NCBI GenBank assembly: GCA_000934665.2
Contig: KZ538010.1
Span: 62,001-126,000, forward strand
Length of the DNA stretch: 64,000 bases
Source: Catajapyx aquilonaris
Lineage: Eukaryota
Direction: 5' to 3'
Shown: positions 50,886 through 64,000 of the stretch, one piece after another
Layout of the letters: each line of letters opens with the position of its first letter
Numbering within the stretch: position 1 is the first letter of the stretch
Translations under genes and position numbers: made by a program
The notes under the pieces: model-generated
Seen by the model: the letters and a program-made list of their open reading frames with translations, nothing else
Databases searched by the model: none
Told to the model about the DNA's origin: nothing

Positions 50886-53194
50886 TTAATTGACATCATC
50901 GTCTGCTGCTTTTTCCTCCTCTTCTTCCTCATCATCATCGTCATCTGCATCACTATGGTCTGGTTCTCCAAGAGCCTGCACAAACTCTAAAGTGAAGAAA
51001 TTATTGTTTAGTCTTGGAATTCATGGATCTTACATTCAAGCCTGCTCTTACCATCGAAGTCAATCCGTCCATCTCCATCAACATCTACTTCCTTGATCAT
51101 ATCCTCAACTAAGGACAGTGAATGAAAATGAAAAATAGTTCCAACCCAACAAAAACATTGGGTTGAATTTTCATCCCATTGCTAGTTACTGATAAGTTAG
51201 CAGTAACTAGCAGTGGGACATAAAAATTCCACCATCTTTAAAAGAAGATATACTGACTTTCCTCCTCGGAAAGGTCTTCTCCAAGACATTGCAGCACGGC
51301 CCTCAAATCAGACGCACTGATATAGCCCCGGTTATGCTTGTCGAAAATCTGTGGGTAGATGATATATAATTAACTTGCTTTAATTTTAAAAGGACATTGA
51401 TGAGCAATACCCTGAATGCATCCCTCATCTCCTTTTCCTCATCCTGCTGAGAATCTGCATCTGGGCTGTCTGCATTCATGTTTGTGATGATGGTGACAAA
51501 CTCCTCGAAACTGAAGGTCCCATCACCTGACAAAGACTTCGATTTCATTATCTGGGTGCAGGCAGGAAAATATAGGCTAGGGAAGGTGGGAGTTATTCTG
51601 GGAGGATGATGGGGATTGACAGCCTTTGACGTTGGGGCCTGTAATTTAATCACCGTCCGGGCGGATTTTACGCCAAGCTCCAGTCTCTCTTATAAGTCAA
51701 TAGCAGCGAGGTCACTAGAGGTGCTGCTGGTTGTGTTACATAATTATCAGGCTATTTAACGTAAACCCAGGCCTCTAATCGTAATGCAATTCTATAGCAT
51801 TGTCTTGTAGTTTAGTATTTGGACTATTTATTAGTATCTTAATTGGGTTAATTACAGCCAGTTTATGCTACTAAAGAATAGTAACTTGTGTAATTATATG
51901 CATGCATGTATTTTGTCCAATGCTTTGTGATTACACATTGCTCTACCGGTATACAGGGTGTTCCAAGTTCATGATAACTGCTATTGGGCGATATCAGTTA
52001 CTTGGAACACCCTGTATTACCTCTCAAAAAATGTTTTGGCCAATTCTGGTGTGGTAAAATTACAAATTAGGTAAAACCCAGGATTTGCATATTTCTGTGG
52101 TAAATCATTTTTCTCATTAACTTTTATTGTATCTCCGGATATGACCAACTTTATTCGAAAGTGAAGCACAAAAGCTGAGTGTTTCCGTCCTTTTGCGATA
52201 TTATAATTTGATTAAAATTCATCCTGTCCTGCGCGAACCCCTCCCAACCCACGTGCCGTACCCCGCATCTGCGCCGGACCAATAAGAAACGTCGATTACA
52301 TACATGGCACCCTTTCCCCATCTGTTCCATTGCTCACCATTGATGTCCACCTCGTCCAGCATCTCAGCCAGCTCCTGCTCCCGGGCGAACTGCCCCAGAG
52401 ACCTCATGACGGATCCCAGTTCCTCCTTGGTGATAGACCCATCTCCATCCTTGTCGAAGAAGCGGAATGCCTCTCGGTATTCTGCGCGGATCGATGGATT
52501 CATAGCTTGATGTTCTAGCAGACTCTCTCTCTGTACAGCAGCCCCCACTGTCCCTCCCCAACCACCCCCTCCACCCCCTCAAAATTGCGCACACATGAAC
52601 CCTGTACCCACCAATACTCTGCCACCTGTTGGGATCAAAACGCGAATTTTTGCCAATATGTGGTCGATGCCAGCAATGGGAGATATGCATCAATGGACAA
52701 TTTCCGGTTTTAGTTATTTTTGTCATGTACTAACAGTACTGCGATGTTCCCCATTGGATGAAGCAGCTCATCAAAAGTTCAGAAGACAAATATTCAGAGT
52801 GTAAAAAATGGCCAGACTAATTTCAAAACTTAAACTTAAAGACAAATTGTGTGTTTCAACAGCAGGGTGAGTCAATGTTATCTTTCCTTCCTGTGTCAAC
52901 ATTGGAGGTTCTACAAACAAGAACTATTGGGCACTGCTGAAGAACTTTACTAGATAGGACCCCAGATCCTTTAAAAGTGGATCGACTATTATGATTTCGA
53001 CCATAGGTCTCACTAACAATCACAAAAGGTGGCAGTAATTATGTACCTTTCATATGTGCTTTGCTGATTGGTCTCCTGGATGCCTCTTGCACTTCATCAT
53101 CTTTGGTCATGTTTGGCAGGTCACTTCGACCCAAATTATCTGGGTCAACCGAAACAGCCCCAGAATTCCCACCAATTCCACTTCCCAGACGGGT
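50886..53194 (-). CDS. Calmodulin-like four-EF-hand protein with N-terminal extension (5' exons not resolved)
   Basis: [93 protein letters not shown] plus an acidic tail. A possible further exon lies near 55760-55825. Confidence 0.88.
51954..52014. mobile_element. 61-bp Tc1/mariner-type mini-MITE
   Basis: TA|CAGGGTGTTCCAAGT...ACTTGGAACACCCTG|TA: perfect 15-bp TIRs with a TA TSD. Confidence 0.8.
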
Positions 53195-55969
53195 CTGTAA
53201 ACAAAACATCAATTACATTTATTGCATTTTCTACAAACAGAATTTGGTCCAAAATGGAAGCTAGTGGGACAAAAATAAAATTGGGAGCGGTTTGAAAACC
53301 CTTTGTGATTCTGTCCTAACGAGGTGTCGAGCAGGCGATTTCGAGTCCCGTTGTTGCTAACGAGGATGGACTGAGCGTGAATACGAACTGCCATGTTTCG
53401 TGAACACCATTCTCTGTGGAACACCATCCATTTGCAAGCCTAGACCCGTGTTTGTCCTTTTGCTACTGTATGAAGCTCGTTCTGTCCTAATTTATTATTG
53501 GCTAGGGACCTGCACTATTTCATGGCCCGTGTTTTATGACCCGACCTTCCGAGTCGGGTATGACCATTTTAGAGAGAGGTACATCATTTACATTTTCTTC
53601 TGACTCGTCAATAGTTCGGTTGATGAAGAGGAATGGACTGAATGACTATATAGGGCAGTAGGCTACTTTAATAGTTACGATATATTCAGATGTCGCAAGT
53701 CCTATTTTAATTACAGTACAAGACGCAAGGAACTGCTACTTACTCACATTTAAATTCAAACGGGCTCTCTCTAGCAACCTTCCAAGGGATTTCCTCTTAT
53801 AATGGGATTAGGTTACTGTATGAAAATGAAAATTCGGCTTTTCTCGTTGTTCCAGGTTTAAGTAGAATAATATTTTCCTCCTAACGTTATGCTTATAAAA
53901 AGTATGCACATCGCAATTCTCCCAAATCCGCAATGCAGATTTCACGTATAGGCCAACCTTTGAGAGGTATTAAGTTTCACCGGTTTTGCTTTACAAAGGA
54001 ACCCTTTTTTGCTGGTATACAGTATAATATTGTCGTTTTTTTCAAGTGACATAAGGCTGTACTTGAATCGGTATGGTAACGCCCTCTGCACGTTACATGG
54101 TGCGGAACATCAATACCGGATAGTTCTATGCTATCAGACGTGACTAGGATTACATATGTGAAGCATATCAATAATGTATCAAATATACGAGGTCTGGGTC
54201 GATACTTTTCTTGAGATTGAGAAACTTATTGTTCAACTGACCTCTTTTTTGGAAGTTTCTTTTTATATATATGTATGGCCCGGACATAACTGACATTTCC
54301 GAACATTTTGTGGTCGTACTCGAGAAAAGGCAAGAGGAAAAATTGTTCCCAAAGAGTACAAATCAATATTCGGTAGCCAAGAAAGAAAATTTAATAATCT
54401 CATCCCCTCTTTGGACGTAATCACTTTTTCCAGCAATTTGAACATCATGGCATCAGCTCCCATCGAAAGAATAGGGAATGTTTAACCTGTTCATTATCAT
54501 GTAAATTAATTATAGCTCCACAAAAAAAAATCATAACGAACAGAGGTGGCGATGCATATTCCCATATCGATTTTGAAAAAAAAAAAACAAACTGCATTTT
54601 TGCCCTGATTTTTTGCCCACTTTTCTTTTTCATCTTGAAGCAGAAAAGAGCTGTCATGGCGTCATCTGCAGAGACTCATTGGATTTCGCACCGCCGGTTC
54701 GCATTAGACCGTGTCACTCCTCTAATTCTCATGGGGGTCTTGGAGATATTTGGAGGGTTAAAAGGGGAGTCTGTGAAATTAGAAATATGGTCTCGGAATG
54801 AGGTCACCTCAGAAGTCATATGGAGTCAGAGGACAACCTATAAACTTGTGATCTGTGTCAACACAAGTTGCAGAGTGTAAACACTGATGCCTCGACTTCA
54901 TTAGAGCATAGCCCCAGGAGATTGACTCAATGGTTGCAAAATAATGACAGCTCGGTTGTGCGTACCAGCCAGAGTCGTAGAGGTTGGGCCAAGGAGTCGC
55001 CTAGATGAGAGATGAAGTCCCTTAACTTGATGTAATGTTGCGAAGGAGGCGTCGGAGGCGTCCTGGGCGCCGAATCCGTTTCGTTACCACCACTTTGGCC
55101 GTTTCCGCAACGACAACAGGTCTACCTGTTGGTGACACCTGTTATCAGCCGGTGACCACATGAATTATCGGGTTCTAAAGCATATAGAACCTTAGCCTAT
55201 AAGTGACATCAGCCACGTCCGGGGGAACATCCTGTCAGATAATAGCACGTACTTAGCAGGTGTTATTGAAGAAAAAGTACTTCAACAAGTAGTAGCGGAA
55301 ATTACGTAATTGACGAAAGCACTATGTTACGTCACAGATAGTCACAAACTTTTAGGTGTTGACGTTTCAAAACAACGGAGCATCCTACCAAGTTATAGAG
55401 AAACATTGACACATATCTTGCAATAAGAACTGATCTTACGTTTTATGGCACTTGGTAAGCCTCTGCTGGGTACTTTTATGACCTACGTAAAAACATTGAA
55501 CACCGGAGCGGTGTTTGCCTTTTTAAAAAAGTTAACAGCTAAGCAAACAGTCTTTGATCTGCCGCCTTGCTATCAGGGCGTTGCAAGTTTGATTCAAGCA
55601 CATCATATGGTGTCTCATCCGGGTATTGGCTGGACATATATAACAAATCATAAAAGATATTTAAAAATATTTTAAAATATGAACATTAATTATGACAACT
55701 GATTTGTTATTCCGATGAAACTTCCAGACAATTGAATGGTGCACAATGCAGAACTGTACCTGTTTCCAGTAGATGCCGGATTCCTCTTCTTCTTCTGTCT
55801 CCTGGGCTGTCTTCCTGCACCTCTCTGCAGAATGGCACTAGTTAGGAGTGATGAAGGGAAGATCGCGACGGTGTGAGTGTGTGTGAGGATGTGCACACCT
55901 GCTGCCATTGGCTGCAACAGGATTGTCTTGTTAGCGCCGGCGCCTTTCTGAGTGGGGGGGGGGGGGGGG

Positions 55970-55981
55970 NNNNNNNNNNNN
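55970..55981. other. Assembly gap (N run) within a poly-G tract
   Basis: 12 N bases flanked by G homopolymers. A single N also occurs in a poly-C tract at 43265. Confidence 0.99.
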
Positions 55982-57081
55982 GGGGGGGGGGGGGGTGTTG
56001 CTGGCACCATGGGGGGACACCCATCCCACTTCCGAACCACAGAGCGTTATCTAGTTTTTGCAGCAGGAAGTCCCCACCTGACATGTTGACACATCAGTAT
56101 GCCCGGTGTTTTATGGCCGGTTCTACGGGGATTGAATGATTTGATTCGGTCGACTGTACCGATGGTGACATCGTTTTCAGAAGGGAAGTTGGCCAGGGCA
56201 GCACGTGGCTTTTTAAAGAGCAGTAGAATGACTAATAATGGGTCGCAAACTTAATTAGTTGTGTGTTTTTTTTGTTGGTCCGGTTGGTTTTATTGGTTAT
56301 TCAGAAGTACCTTTTTATCCTATTGTTAGAAAATATCGGAAAATATGATTGACTAATTGCTTATTGTGTTCGTTCTGTGACGCCATTACTGCGTAACACA
56401 TATGGAGCAATATGCAGTTATGCGTGACTTTATTGGCAGAATATTTCCCATAGATTTCATCACAGATTTCTCATGATAACATGTTTACGTTATGTGCGTA
56501 TTGGTAAGTAGACTAATAAGCATACTCATATTTTACGAGCAGTGCAAGTGCGGAAGTTGCGATCATGTTTTGGAATATTTGCTGCATCTGTTAGGATCGG
56601 ACATGTGCCGTAAGTCCACTGATCTTCTACGTCTTACTTCGATTTCACGATGTTATCAGGTGAAAAGCCTATAATTTGCCTAAATTTATACCCTTTGCGA
56701 TAAAACCAGTTTTTGGTCAGTTATGGGCATTTCCAACCATTTTCCACCACCTCTGCAGCTGCCGTATGTCCCCCAACCAACAAGACCAGACCCTGGTCCT
56801 CTTCCGTAAATGTACCCTTCACAAAAGGCGCACTCAGCAATAGACATGTAAATCGTCCAGTACAAAAGACCCCGCACTATCCCCGCCCCCATTGTGCTAT
56901 AATTCCCTCCTCCCCACCGACCACGTGACCATGCAGGTACAGTACACAGTTGGCGCTGGCATCGTCGCCCCCCCTCACCCCCCATCATCCGACGAAGCCG
57001 CACACTTCTCTACCCGTCGTCGCCCACTCGACACGCTCCACTCGCTTCCCTTCTACATCTGCACCGGAACATCTGCCGACA

Positions 57082-60000
57082 ATGCCGGTCGACGCTTGCC
57101 TCGGAAAGTTCAAGCTGGCTTCCAGCGAGAACTTCGATGAGTACATGAAAGCATTGGGTATGTACAATTTCGGCCATTTTTGGCCCCATTCCACTAGATG
57201 CCGGCCGGTGGGGCATGGCGACATTGATCGATCTGTTGCATCGGAGGTAATCAATAGGGAGGGGGGATTAATCTTATTAGCGCCATTTTCTAATTTAATG
57301 CGGGGAATTCCGTGGGATTAAACTATTGTGTGCCAAATACAATCGATGTAATATTCGCACAATGGTCAGTCTGGGCGAATAGTAATGTAGGACGCTGAAA
57401 GGTCGCATGAAAAAAATATCAAGGACGGTGTCAAAAGGAGCACTTGACCACTTCTGACTCATGAATGGCTGATTAGGAGTTTTTAAGGAAAACTATCTGG
57501 AGTAGATAAGATGGGGGTGAAATCCAATCCTAGGATGACGAACTCCTAGTGTGACATTGAGGATGTCTGGCTCTTGAGTTATCTTTGGATTGAAATATTA
57601 CAGAGCACTATAAACCGGAATTTTCATATAGCACCTTGACTAACATGTGCGTGAAAATGCATTTAATGAGCTGATTTGCATCCTGCGACGTCATGAGAGG
57701 AAATGCAGGCGTATGTTGCATTTAGCTATTTACTCAAGCTGATAAGTCACATGTTGAGAACCAGCTTATCGGCGTGATAATATTGATAAATCAGGATCTT
57801 AGAGAAGATATTGACATGTTCATAATGGCAAAGTTCAAAACATTTGGTATATCACAATATACATGGACATGTTACGTAAGAGAACGTTCCATATGTGTGA
57901 GGCAGCTATGCCAGATATTCTAATTTTCGTGCCTTCATCCCTTCCCACGAGACAAACCCATCATCATGCTATTATCCATTGTTCAGAGAAATATTTGCTC
58001 CAGTTTTGCGAACATGGGTACCACCCGTCCTGAGGTCCATTGTTTTCTCCGTACCGCATTATTTAAGGCTCATGCCAGCTGGAAGAATAATCCACTGTTT
58101 TGTTGGATTGTGATTATTTAAAATATCATTTTTCGTCCTGATGCTATTTGTAGAGTGCTTCTATCAGCAGGAAACGCCCCTAAGATTTTTTTTTGTTGGT
58201 AATTACTATTGGCTCGTTAAAAAGGCGATAAATCCATCCCATTTTTGACATTCATATATAGCTATTCTCATTAACCAGTAAGATAACTAATGTACAGTTG
58301 AGCATTACGGCTAGATTTGCTGAACCAGAGTATACGTCTATATAATTTCTTCTAGGAACTCGTTAATGTCATTTTTTATGCATCTTTAGGCAAAGTGCTT
58401 GCAAAGTCCACAAAATCAACATGCCTTAGATAATCATCAAGTTGTTTGAAATAGTGTCAAACTTCTGGCAATCTGTTTCTGCATGAACTTAACCTGCCAT
58501 CTTGCATGAACCAGAGGGGGTCTATGAAACTGTAATAGGATTTTGGTCGTCCTCTTCAGTTATTGCACTATTCTGGCAGCTATCGCAAACCCTGCGGCCA
58601 ACTCCGAGTAAACATTTGGCACTGTGGAACAAACCACAATTACCGTCTGGCAAATCAGATGTTGGCATCCGTAATTGTTTGATTATTTGTCCTTGCACAC
58701 TTGATTAAACACATTGAACGCTAGTTATGTGGCAAATTAAGTGATGGGAACCAGGGTTGATTTAATAGGTATGTTCCACGTGTACAGTCTTTGCACATAG
58801 ACTGATAGAAAAGCAAACACACCTTGACACTACTACCACAGTGATATTGTGCAGAACTTACACATCAATATGGTATGTTTATTGTGTCGCCAATGGCATC
58901 TGGGACAGGGGTCGCCTGGGGTGGTTGTTATGGTATGTAATGTATGGTATGATCGGCATGGGGTGAGGTAGATTTGAACTTGTAGAAATGTACGGTGCAG
59001 TCGTCAGTCCCAATTATCTAATTGGGATAGCAGAGGAGGCGGTGACCCCCTACCCAATCCCTCGACAAGGGTTAGTTAACTGGGGCTTCCGGTGACCTCT
59101 TCTTTTAGAGCACCCTTTACGGGTGTCGTGTGAACAGGGATACCCGGAAGAATTTAATGAATGCGCATATCATGCATCGAAAGTTCTTTCTTTGCGTCAT
59201 CAGGCTGGGAAACTAAATTACACATGGAGTCTAGACTTTTTATTATTATTTGAAGAATATAGTCACATGGTCATATGCAAAAAAATTGTTGTTTTTCTGA
59301 CTTGGTCACATTTTCCTACAGTTGAAACATGTGAACTTTGCTGGTATGTGGATAATCAAGAGGATGCAGATGATAATGGCAGAGCAGGATGTGGCTGGGG
59401 ATAGTGTGGGTAGGAATAAGATGCTATAATAACAGGTCTTTGTCAAGCGGCGAGTTGGCAGCTTAGATCCAATTGGGTTGACGCCACGGAACAAGAGGAC
59501 CCAGTTGGGACCAATGCGGACAGTAGCTCTGATTGCACCTAAATGGTGCAGAGAACTAGCTTGATAAACGTCGAGACTGCGGGATTTATTATTTTTTATT
59601 TCTTTGAATGCGGCCGGAAATGCCTTTCTGTCCCGCGTCTAATGGTGACATGTCCTGCAGGGTCTTTGACACCTGATGGCGTGATTTTGCTCCTCTGGTG
59701 GTGGGAGAGGGCAAGCTTCTGAGGCGCAGCTGCCGAAAGGATCCATAATGGAGAGCCAGACGGGTATCGGGTTCCTCTTTGCGCAGGTCGTCACGTGCGT
59801 GCGAAAATCACGTCGCATTGATTATTCTATGGAGGGTGTCATTGATCGACCATGCCCTCCAACAACAGGGTGACAGACCTGTAATTATTTATGCACATGC
59901 TGTCTGATAATGAGACATGTTAACCCAGATATTCCTGAATTATTTTTTCTTTAAATTAATTTGGTTTAACGCTAGGAATAACTGGGTTAAATGATGCAGA

Positions 60001-61065
60001 TTATGTTTAAATGCGAATAATTTTTGTCAGTGCCTTTGACACCATCGGATGCGACAAAAGTCAAAGAACTAGTTATAGAGCACGCCCCCCTTGACCTTCG
60101 TCAATCATGTTAATCTAAAAGGTCCACTGCCTCGACGACGAGACTTGAAACCCTATAATTCACGTTCCCCCCACTCTTTAGTTGACCTCCCGTCGACCTT
60201 ATCAGGACAGGGTCGGTTGTGAAGCAAATCGCTTCTCGTCACTTCACTCAGGAAGACGGCTTTTTCCTCGATGACGAATTGGCTCTGAAATGAACTAGGG
60301 GACCGACCGCGATGTCGTGTCGTGATAAAAAAAAGACTAAAACTGAAATAAACTTGGGGGTCTATTTATACGCTAGATTTTGTAACACAGTGTAAGGTCT
60401 TATGAATGAACATGTGTATTTTCAGGTGTGGGTCTGGTGATGCGTAAGATGGCTAACACTTCCAGCCCGGTGCAGGAGATTATTGAGAAGGATGGTCAGT
60501 GGACCATCAAGACCAGCACTACGTTCAAGACTACGGAGATTACGTTCAAGCTGGGCGAGGAATTCGAGGAGACTACTGCTGATGGCAGGAAGGTCAAGGT
60601 TAGTTGGTGGATGACCTGATTTTAAATAATCTCTTAATTGACATTGTTGTAACTTGATTGTTTGTTGCAGGCTACCATCACGATGGATGGTGACTCGAAG
60701 ATGGTGCATCAGCAGAAGGGGGAAAAGGACACGACCTTGATTCGCGAATTCAGCGGTGATGAGATGAAGATGGTGAGTATCAGATGGCAGAGTTGGAAGG
60801 TCAAATGAATCACATTGCTGCAGCAGCCGGCTGGTTGTAACAGAATATGTTGAGCCTGCCAGTCAGGCAGTAGTGCAATGGATGAGTGTGTGGTGGGTTG
60901 CATGCATGCCAGGATACAGAGAAGCTGCCCAGAATATTTCCTAATTTTCTGATTGGACAAAAATGTTGGCCTAAACAATTGACATATTTACTGAATCTTA
61001 TTTTTCACTAGACCTTGACCGTGGATGACATCACTTGCATCCGTACGTACAAGCGCTGCGAGTAA
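57082..61065 (+). CDS. FABP: Fatty acid-binding protein (intracellular lipid-binding protein)
   Basis: Classic four-exon layout: [26 protein letters not shown]...[29 protein letters not shown]...[25 protein letters not shown]. Confidence 0.95.
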
Positions 61066-63241
61066 CGTGGACGAGCGGAAGGAAGAAGTGGGTGCCTCCC
61101 CAGTGTGTGGACCAGCAATATAAAAGGAAGAAGGATGTCGTATTGTAAAAGATGGGGGCAGGAAGGGCACGAGGATTTCCCAGGCAGCTGGTTTTTGCTG
61201 AGGGACGCCATACTTTTTGTTTTGTTTTGTTTGTGGAATCTAAAGGTGACTGACCCTGTGCCTCGTACCCTCCTTGGCACTGAAAACAATTTACCCTTCT
61301 TCCTATAATTATACTCATAATTGTATACGCTGCCATTTATACTGACATTTTTTCTATGGCCAAAAGACACATTCAGAATAAAGCAATTTGAATGATTCAC
61401 CAGTTCTTGATTAATTGTTGACATGTAAGTTTCGTTAGTCTTCCCATAATATCCACATCAGGAGCTGGAACATCTTGGTGTCACACCATAAATTCAGTGG
61501 AATGTTTTTTTTTAAACATTCTGAAGTCAAACGATTAATATTTCACACACTTCCCAGGTCCGAAAATAATATAGTATTTTGGTCCTGGCATGATTCAAGG
61601 AATCTTCCTACTTGCCCCTTATAGTCACGCATTAAAAGTCAGGTCATGAGTCTGCACCACCAATAAGAAGCACCCCCTGACCTGATTGATATGAACACAG
61701 TCCACAGATTGACGTCTGCTATTTGCTTTATCATGTAAGTTTTAGTACACTTCAGTCTTGTATCTGATGTAAGCCTCGATGTTGCAATTTCATCCTCCGC
61801 CATCACTCAACCCTGTTTCCATTTTCCACTCACACGCAACAGCAGATAACATCGCTCCAAATACAATGCAAATACATTATTCTCACAACCAAATTTTCAG
61901 GTACAAAATGTTGCTCAAATTGTTTTGGCACTTTATACTGGTCTTGAAGCAACCCTTCGCACAGGCCCCACGGTGAGCAGCTCACCTTGGGGCCTGTGCG
62001 AAGGGTTGCTTCAAGACTAGGATTTCCGCCTAAAAATACGGCAGGGTGTGTGTGTGTGTACCGGCGTCTGGACGAGTGCCATCCGTTTGTCCGTGGGAAC
62101 AACACCAGAAGTGGGACAGACCATGAGTGGGACGGAACATGGCGCGCTGAGCATGGAGTTTGGTACGTGGCCAGTAGAGGGCAGGGGTGAGGTAAGGGGA
62201 CAGGCATCGGGGGGTTGGCGGGGGACACCACTCGATGATCCTGCCCGCGAGTGGAGGAAGGAACGGCGCGGTGGAGAAGGATTCGGGTCGCCGCCTCTCC
62301 TGATCGGACTCCCAACACATCGACCCATCAGGCCAACAGTGTGGAGCAGGGCTGTGTACACTCCGGACACTGTGCGTGTGACTGGGCCTACCTGGGCCAT
62401 TAACCAACGGGGGGGCTCAGGGAAGCTGACGACCCAGGGCCGGCCCCGGGGCCAACCACCAGGACGGAGCGCTTTCATGGAACAAATAGACACGTAGCTG
62501 ATAGAGAAAAAAGTGCGTAAGTGATAGTGGGTGATTACAGGTTATCTCAGGTATGGCTGAAGACTGCAAATCTTGGCTCTGCACATTCGCATGGGGTAAT
62601 ATTACTTGGACTCAAATAGGATGGCGTTCAAGGTTGGGTGACAGTTTGAGACGCCTCCTTTTAAAATTATCGCTGGAAGATCTGCAGAGTGTCCGGAAGG
62701 ATAAGTGTGTCGGCGGATTCTTACCTGGTGCAGGGATATAACGTTGAGGGGGGGAGTGTGTACACAAACTTTATCAGGGGGGATGAGATTCCATTCGCCT
62801 GCGTAGTTTCAGGCACTTCTCTCTACAGGCTAATTGGGACAGGGACCTTGATAAGTATTGTTGTGTGTAGCACCCAATTAGTGGACACTCCAGGGCAATG
62901 AACATTTATTGGCACATGTGAATCACGATGTAACGCAAATTGTGCATGCGGGCTGTTGAATAATGTTTACTGTTGCTATCGATTCATACAGATAAAAGGT
63001 ATTTGCAATTGTGACGCAGATATACGAAATCAACAGTTTGTACCAGCCTTGGACTTTCAGGGTGGTTTGTGGGAGCGTGTAAATCACGGGTTTCTAATAA
63101 TTGCTAGCCCTAAAAAGTTATAGCAGCTTTAAAACTATGGGAAAATGCGTTTCGGACGAAGAGCCACTGTAATATTGCTAATGACTAATGACCTAACCAA
63201 AACAAATTTTTTCCTTCTGTTTCTAGAAAGTATTTGGCAAA

Positions 63242-64000
63242 ATGTTCAACTTTATGAAGAAAGACAAATCAGAGAAGGAGAAGGAGGAGAAAGAGCGTAA
63301 GAAGAAAGAACGTAAGGAAGGCAAGAAAGCAAAGGAGCGTGAACGACTGAGTGCAGAGGAGCTGCACCGCCTGGATGAAGTTCGGCGCAGCCTCAAAATT
63401 CGCAGCCGCCGCAAGGAAAAGGAGAAGCTACCTTCCGGTATCATAGCGGACTATAGTGCTAATTTTACATCTGCATTCAGTCCTTGTGACGCTCTGAGCA
63501 GCAGTGGCAGTGGGAGTAGTGGAATGGAGGAGTACCGTAACGGCAATGGGGCTGTCAAGACTCGTCCGCCAGTTCCTCCAAAGCCTCCTCAGCGTGGGAT
63601 ACTCAAAGGAAAGACAGGTGATGTGTATTACCAAGGAGTGAGTGGGGGGGTGGATGATGTTGGCAGTCTGGTGCGAAACACTCTTCAGAACGAGGTCATA
63701 GCTGCGGATGGCTCATACACTTATGACCTGCTACCAACCCCACGTCGACTGGGGTCGCCACCAGGCAGCCCATCCTCCAGACGAGACAATGGCCTTGCGC
63801 CACCTGTGTCACCAACATTCCCAACGAGTGCATCCAGCTCAAGTCTGACCCCTAGTTTTGCAACACCTCCAATGTCACCCACCCCAGCTGGTGAGAGCCC
63901 AGGATTCCCTTTTCTGCATCACTTCCATGCACACAACCCAGGATTGGACTTGGACTTGAGTTTACCTCCTCTGATACCAATTCAACCGCCCCTGCCAGCA
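63242..64000 (+). CDS. MYO18A: Unconventional myosin-XVIIIa-like, KE-rich N-terminus (runs off the window)
   Basis: MFNFMKKDKSEKEKEEKERKKKE...LSAEELHRLDEVRRSLKIRSRRKEKEKLPSGIIADY matches the Myo18A/Mhcl N-terminus. It is preceded by a polypyrimidine-AG acceptor and appears open to the window end, so the ORF track missed it. Confidence 0.8.
   Translation, partial: MFNFMKKDKSEKEKEEKERKKKERKEGKKAKERERLSAEELHRLDEVRRSLKIRSRRKEKEKLPSGIIADYSANFTSAFSPCDALSSSGSGSSGMEEYRNGNGAVKTRPPVPPKPPQRGILKGKTGDVYYQGVSGGVDDVGSLVRNTLQNEVIAADGSYTYDLLPTPRRLGSPPGSPSSRRDNGLAPPVSPTFPTSASSSSLTPSFATPPMSPTPAGESPGFPFLHHFHAHNPGLDLDLSLPPLIPIQPPLPA

Noticed and set aside
51181..51211. 11-bp perfect hairpin GCTAGTTACTG / CAGTAACTAGC in a calmodulin-like gene intron
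   Set aside because: Too short for a pre-miRNA and has no other supporting feature.
54185..54900. Possible DNA-transposon remnant starting TACGAGG
   Set aside because: No matching opposite terminus or transposase similarity is visible.
61830..62497. Several overlapping 125-160-aa ORFs
   Set aside because: GC-rich sequence without recognisable domains, more likely the promoter/5' UTR region of the myosin-XVIII gene.

Overview
Gene-dense, intron-containing eukaryotic DNA, probably from an arthropod (inferred from protein similarity; the taxon cannot be fixed from sequence alone). I recognise 16 protein-coding genes in this order: the 3' end of a selenocysteine thioredoxin reductase (TXNRD2-type, with SECIS), an MMP, an NFATC2IP/Rad60-like gene, SLX1, RAD1, POLDIP2, PI4KA, MIF, an intact intron-containing THAP/P-element transposase-like gene, OGFOD2, MYBBP1A, eIF4H, PGAM5, a calmodulin-like gene, FABP and the start of myosin-XVIII. 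The larger introns hold most of the mobile DNA. The main items are a P-superfamily foldback element with ~740-bp inverted arms and an 8-bp TSD in MYBBP1A, a Helitron/MITE/foldback-satellite composite in POLDIP2, several MITEs, and a tRNA-derived SINE. The best leads are: (1) a Sec UGA with a SECIS plus a perfect 14-bp hairpin just downstream; (2) the P-transposase foldback, which would form long dsRNA in a host pre-mRNA; (3) an apparently domesticated THAP9-like gene head-to-head with MIF; (4) a UGA-CGG plus hairpin readthrough-like signal at the PGAM5 stop. All gene calls are by-eye recognition of motifs and splice sites, not database searches. CDS coordinates give the gene span including introns.
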